Part shown: piece after piece, positions 10,014-19,107 of the stretch
Position numbering within the stretch: position 1 is the stretch's first letter
How the letters are laid out: the number at the start of each line of letters is the position of its first letter
Source of the DNA: an uncultured virus (IMG/VR IMGVR_UViG_3300005193_000001)
Taxonomy: Duplodnaviria > Heunggongvirae > Uroviricota > Caudoviricetes
Strand: one strand, 5' to 3'
Virus record (IMG/VR): IMGVR_UViG_3300005193_000001
Span: 1-64,000 of that record
DNA: 64,000 nucleotides
Program-made: the position numbers and the translations under genes
Notes under the pieces: model-generated
What the model saw: the letters and a program-made list of their open reading frames with translations, nothing else
Told to the model about the DNA's origin: nothing
Databases searched by the model: none

Positions 10014-10255
10014 TTTTTGAATCTTTTAACTTGTTCAGAAAGTTTATCGAGAAATTTGTGATACCCTTGCGGGGTGAAGTCGCTGCGTTCAAAGTCTACT
10101 CTTAACGTACCGTTCTGCATGTTCTCGTCTTTAAAATGAATTTCGCCGGAAAAAGAGTCGGATTCGGTGTCGTATACGAACGCTACCTTGCATTCGGCGT
10201 TAACGTGATCTCCGATTTCTTTCACCCACTCTCTCACTTTTCCTATTCTTGACAT
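10010..10255 (-). CDS. hypothetical protein
   Basis: ORF in the operon. Confidence 0.5.
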   Translation of the reverse strand: MSRIGKVREWVKEIGDHVNAECKVAFVYDTESDSFSGEIHFKDENMQNGTLRVDFERSDFTPQGYHKFLDKLSEQVKRFKK

Positions 10256-10256
10256 A

Positions 10257-10709
10257 TTAAAGCTTTTTAATCTTCTTTAGCTTGTCACGTTCTACACCAT
10301 ACTCGGACAGAATGTCTACAAGTTCCTCTTTTCCATCTTCAGAAGAAAGCCAAATATCAAAGTATTCTCTGACCTCTTCTTCCGAAGCTTTGAACCTTTC
10401 TTTTATGAGATCGATTGCCCAATCCGGTATAGAGCGTTCGCGAGTATTTGACGATGGAGGCGTGTTGTAATAGCCGTCGTCGTAAGGAAGAAGCTCGGCA
10501 TAAAGCTTGTAGACGTGCTTGTCTTCCATTTCCCTAACACAGGGTTGGAGCTCGTTCAGGACGGGAACGTATTCGAGCCTCCCCGACAAGAACCGAGTAA
10601 TCATGAACGAGCTCCAACTTTTCTTGCTTTCACGAGACAAGTTTTCCCAATAGTCGGGGTCTTTTCCCGTTTTCACAGCATCAAGATGGTCGAAAAGGCC
10701 CTGTGCCAT
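10257..10709 (-). CDS. clamp loader small subunit (T4 gp62-like)
   Basis: LFDHL..V...K...W..FMITRFLS...LNELQ pattern; near the gp44/gp45-like genes. Confidence 0.6.
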   Translation of the reverse strand: MAQGLFDHLDAVKTGKDPDYWENLSRESKKSWSSFMITRFLSGRLEYVPVLNELQPCVREMEDKHVYKLYAELLPYDDGYYNTPPSSNTRERSIPDWAIDLIKERFKASEEEVREYFDIWLSSEDGKEELVDILSEYGVERDKLKKIKKL

Positions 10710-10765
10710 AAGTTATTTTGCGTTTATCATTCAGTGTAGTTCAACGACTCTCTTACCGTTTTGTT

Positions 10766-11002
10766 TCAAGAAGCCGGGTTGCTGGAGTCGTCGTAATCGG
10801 TGCTATGAAAGCCGTCGCCTTTGAAGTGGGCGTTGGGCTTTCCAATAACGCGATCAAAAGCGGCAACCGCCGAGTTATAAGGCTCGCCGCACTCTTCTTC
10901 TATGTCCACGGTCTCCGGACATGAAGGTGGATCGTCGTCGTAGCTTTGAATTCTCTCAACAACTGCTCCACACTCTTGGCACTCGTACTGATAAATCGGC
11001 AT
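10766..11002 (-). CDS. FmdB-family zinc-ribbon protein
   Basis: MPIYQYECQECG...CP...FKGDGFHSTDY. Confidence 0.85.
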   Translation of the reverse strand: MPIYQYECQECGAVVERIQSYDDDPPSCPETVDIEEECGEPYNSAVAAFDRVIGKPNAHFKGDGFHSTDYDDSSNPAS

Positions 11003-11005
11003 ACC

Positions 11006-11875
11006 TTATTGGTTCCTTGCATGATCGATAATAGCCTGCTTCTCTTCTTCTTCGAGTTCAAGGACACGGAAAAGAGACTCCACCGTTACGGTCTTGCTCT
11101 TGTTTTCCGCGAAGGAGTGAGAAAGGTCCCCAATAGCTTCGATGGACTCTTCCCACTCTTCTCGCATCGATTGAATCCTCTCGACGGAATCAATGAGAGC
11201 GTCGAAGCTTTCCCTTATGCTTTGAAGGGTAGAAGTGTCGGAAGAATGCGCGTGCTCCCAAATGTCTTCCATTTCGTCAAGGAATAGCTCCTTGTCGTTG
11301 AATCGGTCGAAGCTATCTTCGAAGTTTTGCTTCCCCGTAGCCCAATCAACAAAATTTTGATCGAAAAGTTCTTGCCTATCCTTGACGGGTGGCTCTTCTT
11401 CCGTCGTTTCTTCGACGTTTTGGCTCATGTCTTTGATGGTTTCGAGAATGTTCTCTGGAGCCTCGGTGTTGTCCACCTCATGGGTACCAGAAGCTCGCTG
11501 AATCTCAATGGCTCTGGATTTCAGTTCGTCGATCTCCGCCATAATTTCTTCTCTCACTTCGGGATCAGAAAAATCCCCGGAACGAACAGCTTCATAAAGA
11601 GAAGGTATGGCCCCTTCGCCATCACCTTTCAAATAAGCTACAAAATAATCTTCCTGATCTGCCGGGTAGTCTATAATTTCTCGCTCTAAACTATTTCTAA
11701 AGTAGTTAATGGCAGTTCTAACACCATCGGGGGTCTGCCACCTTGGATTTGTAGAAAGCTCGTTCGAAATATATCGAACGAAAGACCTATCTTCGTTGGT
11801 AGTTTCCGTGCCAGGAGTAAATTCTTGCGTAACACCTTCGTTACCTTTCGCTTTATCGTTTTGAAATTGGTTCAT
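11006..11875 (-). CDS. hypothetical acidic coiled-coil protein
   Basis: 289-aa ORF. Confidence 0.6.
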   Translation of the reverse strand: MNQFQNDKAKGNEGVTQEFTPGTETTNEDRSFVRYISNELSTNPRWQTPDGVRTAINYFRNSLEREIIDYPADQEDYFVAYLKGDGEGAIPSLYEAVRSGDFSDPEVREEIMAEIDELKSRAIEIQRASGTHEVDNTEAPENILETIKDMSQNVEETTEEEPPVKDRQELFDQNFVDWATGKQNFEDSFDRFNDKELFLDEMEDIWEHAHSSDTSTLQSIRESFDALIDSVERIQSMREEWEESIEAIGDLSHSFAENKSKTVTVESLFRVLELEEEEKQAIIDHARNQ

Positions 11876-11899
11876 GTTGTTCTGATTTTAGAATTCAAG

Positions 11900-12184
11900 T
11901 TACTCTGATTCGTCCGTGAGCTTTTCGAGGTCGGCCCTTCTACCACAGCCGAGACAAGCAAAGACCTGCACAGGCTGGATACCGCCTCCTCCGGGTGGAG
12001 CGGTAGGGTGAACGGATGGAATGACCTTCATCTGTAGAGCACTGATGAAAGTCTCGTTTCCGCATTCCTTGCAGCGGACGGAATCGAGCTCTCTGATTTC
12101 TTCTTTGGAGAGATCGGGCTGCTGCGGTCCACCTTGTGGCGGTCCTTGTTGTCCGAGTCCTCCTCCTTGTGGAATATTTTTCAT
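11900..12184 (-). CDS. zinc-ribbon protein
   Basis: CKECGN.TF...PVQVFACLGCG. Confidence 0.65.
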   Translation of the reverse strand: MKNIPQGGGLGQQGPPQGGPQQPDLSKEEIRELDSVRCKECGNETFISALQMKVIPSVHPTAPPGGGGIQPVQVFACLGCGRRADLEKLTDESE

Positions 12185-12192
12185 AATTCGTG

Positions 12193-13149
12193 TTAGGTCG
12201 TTTCTATTAATTCGATGATCAAGTGCATGAAGTTGATTTCCTTATCGACGACCAGAGCGTCTCGGTGCTGAGCTTCGGAGATCGCTATCAGGGCCTCCTC
12301 CGGGTTGTCCGTGAACTCGTCCACATGTTCGTAAAGGTGCCTGAACACTCTCTCGTACTGGTTCACGTCGCTGTCCTGGACGAGTTGCCGAATGTCGTTA
12401 AAGAGACTGTTTCTACTCTTGTTGGAGCCGAGAAATTCGACGAGCTTGGTTTCGAAGTTGGCTTCGGCAATCGTAGCCTCGTCGAGTTCCAACACCCCTT
12501 CCTTCGTCGTGTTCAACTGAGCGGTGTTGATGATCTTGCGAATATCGGGGTGATACTTGTCCACCAGTCGAGCTACGTTCCTCTTCTCGAAATCAACCTG
12601 CTCCTTCTTCAGTATCTTCGCCAAATGTCCAGCCACGTCTTTCCGAGAAGGGGGCCGGACCCGAAAGGATTGGCACCTGCTTCCGATTGGCCCGAGGACC
12701 TTCTCCTTGTAGTTGCAGGTAAGAATGAACCTCGTGGACTCGTGAAAAGTCTCCATCGTGTCTCGAAGAGCAGCTTGAGCATTTCGGCTCATGTAATCGA
12801 ATTCGTCAAGAACGATGATCCTAAGGTCGTGCATCGCAACGATAGATGCAAACCGCTTCACTTCGTCACGGATCGTGTCGATCCCGCTTTCATCCGACGC
12901 ATTAATGTACATGTCGTCGCAGTCGATCTCTCTCGTGATAATGTCCGCCAGCGTGGACTTTCCCGTACCAGCGGGACCGTAGAGGAGAATGTGCGGAATG
13001 TAGTTATCTCCGATCCAGTCCGAAACAGTCTTCTTGATCTTTTCGTTCCCGATATAATCGTTCAAGGAGCGGGGTCTGTACCTCTCAACCCAAATCGAAG
13101 CTTCGGACGCTTTGTCGTCTTCTGTTTCTGTTTCGAAAAATGCGTTCAT
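12193..13149 (-). CDS. clamp loader large subunit (gp44 / RFC-like AAA+ ATPase)
   Basis: WVERYRP, GPAGTGKS, INASDESGID, LDEFD, SRC motif. Confidence 0.95.
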   Translation of the reverse strand: MNAFFETETEDDKASEASIWVERYRPRSLNDYIGNEKIKKTVSDWIGDNYIPHILLYGPAGTGKSTLADIITREIDCDDMYINASDESGIDTIRDEVKRFASIVAMHDLRIIVLDEFDYMSRNAQAALRDTMETFHESTRFILTCNYKEKVLGPIGSRCQSFRVRPPSRKDVAGHLAKILKKEQVDFEKRNVARLVDKYHPDIRKIINTAQLNTTKEGVLELDEATIAEANFETKLVEFLGSNKSRNSLFNDIRQLVQDSDVNQYERVFRHLYEHVDEFTDNPEEALIAISEAQHRDALVVDKEINFMHLIIELIETT

Positions 13150-13926
13150 TTAAGTGTGATCAAGTTGTTCAGACAGAATGTAATAAGTGGTTTCCCAACC
13201 TTCGCCCTCGAAAGAAACTCGACCGAGTCCTTCTTCGGAAATCTCCCAATATCCGGTCACGTTGTCTTGGTTAGCCTTAAGAATCTCAGCGAAGAGATCG
13301 GCTCTGAACACGACGGAATCGGACATAGGCTCGAAGTCATCGACTGGAACGGGAATGTTAACCTTATTGCTGCTTCTACCATCGCTGGTTTCTCCTACAA
13401 CAACGTTGACCCCGTCCGCAGTAGTCTTAACTCCGAACTGGTCTTGATTGATGGCTCCTTCAGCAGAACGAAAATCGTCGATGAAGTCTTCCGTGATTTC
13501 CGTTTCTACTTGCCAATCGGGAAGATGCTTAAGTTGAGGAGTGTTGGGAATAACGTCTAGACTGGCAAGCTCGAAGTGGATAGTTTTCTCGCCATCGTCA
13601 AGGACCATGAGTCTGAATTCTCCGCCACGCTTCTTCAAAGATACCGAGAAGTCGTCTTTGAGAATTCGGACCAAAGCCTTGAGACGCTTGGTATCAAAGA
13701 TCCCGATAGTGGAGTCCTCGATAGGAAAGTCTTGTACTTTTAGGACTCCGAAGACAGAGTTATCGGGAGAGACGAATCCTGTGAATAGTCCACCTTCTTC
13801 GATCTTCCATTTGACACGCTTGATTTCGTTGCCGAGGCTGTACCTGTTGATTGTGGACAGCATCCGGCTCTTACTGAGCGTATCAACCTCGTCGTCGGTT
13901 TGTTGCTCCAAAGTTTGTGTAGCCAT
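13150..13926 (-). CDS. sliding clamp (gp45-like)
   Basis: Size, IGIFD..RL motif, C-terminal ISEEGL..V.F....TTYY; adjacent to the clamp loader. Confidence 0.75.
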   Translation of the reverse strand: MATQTLEQQTDDEVDTLSKSRMLSTINRYSLGNEIKRVKWKIEEGGLFTGFVSPDNSVFGVLKVQDFPIEDSTIGIFDTKRLKALVRILKDDFSVSLKKRGGEFRLMVLDDGEKTIHFELASLDVIPNTPQLKHLPDWQVETEITEDFIDDFRSAEGAINQDQFGVKTTADGVNVVVGETSDGRSSNKVNIPVPVDDFEPMSDSVVFRADLFAEILKANQDNVTGYWEISEEGLGRVSFEGEGWETTYYILSEQLDHT

Positions 13927-14025
13927 ATGGTTTTGTAACGATTTGTTTACATTCGGTGTTCCTTGCTCGCCTTTTAAATAGAGGCTTGATACACCGAGAT
14001 CTGTGAAGAAAAGAAGAAGCTTGTA

Positions 14026-16824
14026 TCAAGAAAAGTCGAAGAAACGACCCGCCGCTTTCTTTTTTGCCGATGGAAATTCCCAATCGATGGCGGCGTAAAT
14101 GTCCTCCAGCTTCGATTTCAGAACCTTTTCATACATCTTTTCGTAATCGGCGTATTCTCTCGCGAATTCCAAGATCTCGTCGGGGTTATCCATGGGACGA
14201 ATTCCAAGCTGTTCAAGCCCCAAAGCGTTCTTTTGGAGGTAAACCCAGCGTATCTTGTCGCCGTTTTCTATCTTTTCGTTTTGTTGCTGAATATCGAAAT
14301 ACTTGAGTAGGTCGTTGTACGCGAGAGCCGACTTGAAGTGCACTTGTGCGCCTTTTTCGTACTTGGCTATCGTATCCGTTTGCCATTTCTCCAACTCTCC
14401 GACTCCCGTAGGGTTAGCGATCCGATCAATAGGCTCTTCTCGGAGCTTGCTTTCGAAATCTAGGATAATGTCGTCAATTTCCTCCTTGTCGGCTCCTCGA
14501 AGGATAGAGTTCACAACGTCCTTCATGACCTCGTTGAAGGCTGGAGGGAAGTCGCTGCGCACGAGCTCGATGCCTTTGGCCTTCAGCTTCGATACGTCTT
14601 TGCCCTCGTCGTTCACGACCCACATCGCGTACCGCTTTTTGACCTCCCACCAAAGCCCACGAGAAGCTACAAGTTCCTGTTTGATCTCGAACCAGTGACC
14701 TTCTCGTGGCACGTTCAAGATCTGTTCTGCATAGTAGTTGTAGGACTTGTTGATGTAGTCCTCGACTTCTTTCGCCTGTTCGATGGAGTCGGAAATGACG
14801 TGGTCCTGATCCGCGTTTCCGGTGTCGTAATCGAGAAGAGGAATCGCGGAGTAGAAAACGCTATCAGTGTCGGAATAGATGCAAGATTGAAGCACGTCTC
14901 CACATTCGGTATTGACGGCGTTCTTGCTGTAGAACTGATCTCCAACCTTTTGCGTGTACTTGATGGTGGAAACTCCGGTGGCTGTGGTAGCCTCAGCGTT
15001 ATCAATGTCGTAAAACCGAAAGACTGGAAGACCGAGAACTCCGTAAATGGAGTTAATAAGAATCTTTCGGTTGTGCTGTTGGCTGTCGTAGTACTCGGCG
15101 TCTTCTTCTCTACCCTCTTCTTCTGCTTTGTTTCTGAGCTTCTTATATTTTTGCCTATTGCTGAACCATTCTTCCAGGATCTCGGGAATAACGCCCCTCT
15201 TGTCTCTTCTATAAACCGCCCCATTCGCTGCGACTTGATAATCGTTGCTCCGAAGCCAACTCTCGATTTCGGACACGGAATCAAACGTCCTGTAAGCATC
15301 AACGTCGAATATCCAGACCTTATAGTCCTTGTCGGGCTTCTCCGCGAGATCGTAGGCGTCCCAACCGTAGATCTTCGCCACTTTGGTCTCCGGGCTGATG
15401 TTCAGGCTCATAATAATGCAGGGGTACATTGACGTTAAGTCGAGATCAAAGATCCAATCGTAAGTCCCCGGCGTTGGTTGCTGGACGTAAGCACCAGAGA
15501 ATTCGAGCCCAACCTCCGCCTCGTCTTCGGCTGCGAAATCGATTGGGTCTTCGAGTATGAAAGTGTCTTTTTCTACATCGACGTACCTGACTTTCCCTTT
15601 CGTGGTCTTGGTAGAAGCTTTCGGAACGCCAATCGTCCCTTTCTTCGGAACGTCGTTGTGAATATCGTCCTTAGCTTTGATCTCGTTGGAGCCCATGGGG
15701 TGGTAGCCATCGACCTCAAACTTCGTTCGCCCCCTCTTTTTGTCCGGGGCTACGACGTCGTTCCGGTGAAGCCTTTTAAGAATAGCTCCCTCAATGAACC
15801 TGCTCGACATGTAAACGTCTTCGTAAGGGATGTAGCCAAGGTGAGAAATGAAACGAGCCATTTCGATAAATCCGAACTTCTCGTCGAGATCGGCTACAAG
15901 CTGAACGTCTTCGAAGTTGTAATCGATGAAGGTATCGATATCGAGCCTCTTGAGATCGTCAAGGTCCCGGACAACCTCGCCATCGACTTTCATGCCTTCA
16001 TAATCGATCTTGCCCCTACCAAGTTCCTCTCTCGCTACGTGGTCTAAGGCATAACTCGGCTGCTCCGAAAACGTGAAGTTCCGATAAATCTTGAGGTAGT
16101 CGAGACTGGATATTCCAGCGAACGTATAATCCTCATACTCGTTGTTTCGTTCGTTGTATCGAACCTTCTCGATGGGAGACAACTTGTTAGCCATCGATTC
16201 TCCCAACACCTTCTTGATGCGTCCGTAAAGGTAAGGCTCGTCAAATTCGGTGTTGTTCCAACCAGAAATGATGGTGGGGTCAGCCTCTCTCCAATGCCTA
16301 ACGATTCCGCGAAGAAGATCGGGTTCGGAATCGAAGGTCTCGATATCAACGTCTTTTCTGTGAGGATCCTCGATTTCGCCCTTCTCGTCCAGGATGAGTA
16401 CGGCTTTCTTGTCTCGTGCCTCGTCGTAATAAGCGACTGAAGTGACCTTCTCTTCTACATCTTCGGGGTCCGGAAAGCCGCCCTCAGAAGCGACCTCAAT
16501 GTCGTAAAATAGCTTTCTGTGGCCCGTCGATGGTTCGTGATCATCGTAGAGATCGGTGAGAACGCGGGTAGTAATGGGAACGTCGGATTCTTGAATCGCG
16601 TCTTCCCCGTAAACGTCCTCCAACTCCTTCTTCTTCGACCAACTCATTTCGGACTTCGGGATCTTCATGACGGGCTCCCCCCACATAGTCTCATGCTCCC
16701 CGAACTCGTTCTTAACGAAAACGTAGTTGGGGAAATCGAATCGCTTATATCCGGCTTCGTCGTCCCAAAGATGAACAGTGGGCTCGTCGCTCCATTTGTC
16801 TTCTACATAGATGTTTTGGTAAAT
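14026..16824 (-). CDS. family B DNA polymerase (T4 gp43-like), probable ATT start at 16824
   Basis: YDIE, ISGWN..FD.PY exonuclease motifs; DLTSMYP, KILINSIYG, YSDTDS, KKRY polymerase motifs; frame extends 46 codons upstream of the annotated Met. Confidence 0.95.
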   Translation of the reverse strand: MYQNIYVEDKWSDEPTVHLWDDEAGYKRFDFPNYVFVKNEFGEHETMWGEPVMKIPKSEMSWSKKKELEDVYGEDAIQESDVPITTRVLTDLYDDHEPSTGHRKLFYDIEVASEGGFPDPEDVEEKVTSVAYYDEARDKKAVLILDEKGEIEDPHRKDVDIETFDSEPDLLRGIVRHWREADPTIISGWNNTEFDEPYLYGRIKKVLGESMANKLSPIEKVRYNERNNEYEDYTFAGISSLDYLKIYRNFTFSEQPSYALDHVAREELGRGKIDYEGMKVDGEVVRDLDDLKRLDIDTFIDYNFEDVQLVADLDEKFGFIEMARFISHLGYIPYEDVYMSSRFIEGAILKRLHRNDVVAPDKKRGRTKFEVDGYHPMGSNEIKAKDDIHNDVPKKGTIGVPKASTKTTKGKVRYVDVEKDTFILEDPIDFAAEDEAEVGLEFSGAYVQQPTPGTYDWIFDLDLTSMYPCIIMSLNISPETKVAKIYGWDAYDLAEKPDKDYKVWIFDVDAYRTFDSVSEIESWLRSNDYQVAANGAVYRRDKRGVIPEILEEWFSNRQKYKKLRNKAEEEGREEDAEYYDSQQHNRKILINSIYGVLGLPVFRFYDIDNAEATTATGVSTIKYTQKVGDQFYSKNAVNTECGDVLQSCIYSDTDSVFYSAIPLLDYDTGNADQDHVISDSIEQAKEVEDYINKSYNYYAEQILNVPREGHWFEIKQELVASRGLWWEVKKRYAMWVVNDEGKDVSKLKAKGIELVRSDFPPAFNEVMKDVVNSILRGADKEEIDDIILDFESKLREEPIDRIANPTGVGELEKWQTDTIAKYEKGAQVHFKSALAYNDLLKYFDIQQQNEKIENGDKIRWVYLQKNALGLEQLGIRPMDNPDEILEFAREYADYEKMYEKVLKSKLEDIYAAIDWEFPSAKKKAAGRFFDFS

Positions 16825-16857
16825 GGTATACCACCTCTCTTTTTTGAAATGCTATTG

Positions 16858-16885
16858 AAAAACGAAGAAAAGACAGCCTCGTTCC
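16858..16885 (-). promoter_or_regulatory. GGAAC-N16-CGTTTTT promoter upstream of the DNA polymerase
   Basis: Same motif and spacing as the other copies. Confidence 0.55.
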
Positions 16886-16893
16886 GGGCTTCA

Positions 16894-17397
16894 CTAAAGC
16901 TTAAAATCGAAGTGTTGCATAGAAGATCCAGAAGGCCGAAACCTGAGACAATCGAAGGTCAATCGCCTTCCGATCTTGTCTCGAATCTGAGAAGTGTAAT
17001 CCTCGCCTCGCCCTCTCTTCAAATACCCGACAGTTAAATGAGGGCTGTAGTCGTCATGCTCGTTCGTGTGTGGAAAAGAAGAAAAGACGCGATTTAACTG
17101 CCTAAGCTTATCGGATTCAATGTCGTATTTCAGAACGTCGTAGTCCGGGTTGTTATCGAAGGTGGAAGCACCTACAATTTTGATCTCGACAGGTTCTCTT
17201 ACTGACTTGCAAATTCGCCCCACGAGATCGGAATGAACCTCGTCGTGAAGGCCGTACAGAACAGTTACGTGCGGGTTGACTTCGAGACCCGAGTTCTCTT
17301 CTTCGCTGTACACGTCTTCCCTGTCGATACAAGAAAGAACGCGACTCCACCCGTCAGGCCATCCACTAGCCATGACGCATCCGTAATCGTAAGCCAT
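16894..17397 (-). CDS. 2H phosphoesterase, T4 57B/Acb1-like
   Basis: Two HxT motifs (PHVTVLYG, PHLTVGY) in a 167-aa protein. Confidence 0.75.
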   Translation of the reverse strand: MAYDYGCVMASGWPDGWSRVLSCIDREDVYSEEENSGLEVNPHVTVLYGLHDEVHSDLVGRICKSVREPVEIKIVGASTFDNNPDYDVLKYDIESDKLRQLNRVFSSFPHTNEHDDYSPHLTVGYLKRGRGEDYTSQIRDKIGRRLTFDCLRFRPSGSSMQHFDFKL

Positions 17398-17400
17398 AGG

Positions 17401-17937
17401 TCATTCTTCGGAGTTGTTGCGATTGGGATAAACCACCTTCATGCCTCCAGAATCAGTGCGAACGTATCGCTTTTCTTCGTCGTCTGGGGAATTGGGTTTG
17501 TTGTTGCTTTTTTGGCGTCGAGGACCGGACTTTGACTTTCCGGTATAAATGCCTTTGTGGTCGCTGTCCGTACTTTTGCGCTGCTGCGCCGCATCGTCGA
17601 AGCCTTCTGGAGTAGGGGGCTGGACGAATCCGTCGTCAGGCTCCGCGCCCTGTTCCGGGTCAAACTCGTCGGTATCCGGAAAATCGGACTCGTCAGGAAG
17701 AAACTCGTCTTCATCAAGCTCGAAGCCTCCTTCGGCATCTGCTTGATCAATTTCGTCCAGAAGGTCGTCGATTTCCTCCGAAGAATCGGTGTCCTGCTCT
17801 CGGAAGTGAGTCTGCGTGTGTTCTTCGCACTTTTCCAAGATGTCCTCTCTTTTAGCGTAGGAAGGTTTAATCCAATTGCCAGTGAGAGGATTAAGTACAC
17901 GTCCGGTGTCGGGATCTCGCTCAGGATATTCGCTCAT
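17401..17937 (-). CDS. hypothetical acidic protein
   Basis: N-terminal RVLNPLTGNWIK followed by a low-complexity acidic region. Confidence 0.55.
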   Translation of the reverse strand: MSEYPERDPDTGRVLNPLTGNWIKPSYAKREDILEKCEEHTQTHFREQDTDSSEEIDDLLDEIDQADAEGGFELDEDEFLPDESDFPDTDEFDPEQGAEPDDGFVQPPTPEGFDDAAQQRKSTDSDHKGIYTGKSKSGPRRQKSNNKPNSPDDEEKRYVRTDSGGMKVVYPNRNNSEE

Positions 17938-18041
17938 AACATAAAGTGCTGTTTTGTTCAGGTTTAAGTAGCTTCATGAGAGAGCCTAAAACGGAGAACG
18001 ATTTTCCCTTGCGCTTGGACACACGCGCACGAATCTTTAAT

Positions 18042-18617
18042 TTAGTCGATGTTAGCCGATTTCTTTACTTCTTCGGGGTCGATATCATCGATGATTTTGG
18101 CAAACTGTTTCTTCGCCAGATACTCCACATGGCCGTCGAAGCCATAATCGGTGTGGCCGTACCGAGTCAGAGTGTCGGTGATAAATTCAAGAACATCGTT
18201 CTCGGTAGACACTTCGGATACGACGGAAACTCCATGGCCCTCCTCCAGATCTATTGTGGCTTCGAAACCTTGTGGAGAGTCCGGTGCTCGTCCTCCGACG
18301 TTCACGTCTCCGTCCACCTCCATTCCGGGAACCGCACCAGAAGAACCAAAATCGTCCATCTTGACCTGTTCATCGAGCTTCTTGGTGGGGTTACTTATGT
18401 CCTCAATGTCGGAGCCTTCGGAAGACTCGACCTCGATGACGACCAAATCCTTCCGTTCGTCTCGGACTTCCGCACTAGCGGCCACCTCGGGTGGATTGAC
18501 CCACATTCTCCGAACGAGCTTCTCGTTCTCGTACCTGAACTTCATGTCTCCGATATACCTGAGGCTCTCGTCTCCTTCTTCTTTATCTCTCGGAAGATCT
18601 CCAGTAAAGTCAGTCAT
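18042..18617 (-). CDS. hypothetical protein (start likely MTDFTG at 18617)
   Basis: AT-rich leader before ATG 18617. Confidence 0.55.
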   Translation of the reverse strand: MTDFTGDLPRDKEEGDESLRYIGDMKFRYENEKLVRRMWVNPPEVAASAEVRDERKDLVVIEVESSEGSDIEDISNPTKKLDEQVKMDDFGSSGAVPGMEVDGDVNVGGRAPDSPQGFEATIDLEEGHGVSVVSEVSTENDVLEFITDTLTRYGHTDYGFDGHVEYLAKKQFAKIIDDIDPEEVKKSANID

Positions 18618-18624
18618 AACTTGT

Positions 18625-18937
18625 TTAAGTTTTGTATTCGTTAACGTACCACACGATAATGCCCACGACCTCTTCAGCAGTGGGAATGCCATCGTAGCCT
18701 GAGTTCCAGCACTCAAGCAAGTCTTCGTCGATGCTTTCTTCCACATCAATTGTCAATTTTTCCGGACCGAGACTATCACCATCACAGAGAACAGTTCCGT
18801 CTTCCGAGACGGATAACGTTCACGTCTAGATCTGTGCGCTTCTGTGCAGCTTCAATAACGTGTTCCCACGCCTCGTCCACAGTCTCGAACTTTTGTTCCT
18901 CTTTACGCTCGACCTTCGATTGCATAGTATCATGCAT
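18625..18937 (-). pseudogene. hypothetical protein with an apparent +1 frameshift near 18820
   Basis: MQSKVERKEEQ...DLDVN in one frame, then LSVSEDGTVLCDG...YVNEYKT* in the +1 frame. Confidence 0.4.
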
Positions 18938-18951
18938 AACATTTTTGCTCT

Positions 18952-19107
18952 TTAGGACTCGCTATCTTCGTTCGAAATACGCTCCAGGATCTGGGCGCGT
19001 TCCTCTTCGGAGTACGAAGTCCAATTCGCTATCTCCTCCAAGGTGCGCCCACATCCCGCGCACTTTCCTTTCTCGATTTCACAAACGTTAATACAGGGTG
19101 TCTCCAT
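18952..19107 (-). CDS. DUF1289-family small Cys-rich protein
   Basis: TPCINVC....CAGCGRTLEEIANW..YS.EER..IL. Confidence 0.8.
   Translation of the reverse strand: METPCINVCEIEKGKCAGCGRTLEEIANWTSYSEEERAQILERISNEDSES

Noticed and set aside
17401..17937. NPLTGNWI resembling the NP.TGR.I motif of giant-virus adaptor domains
   Set aside because: Single short match, too weak to call
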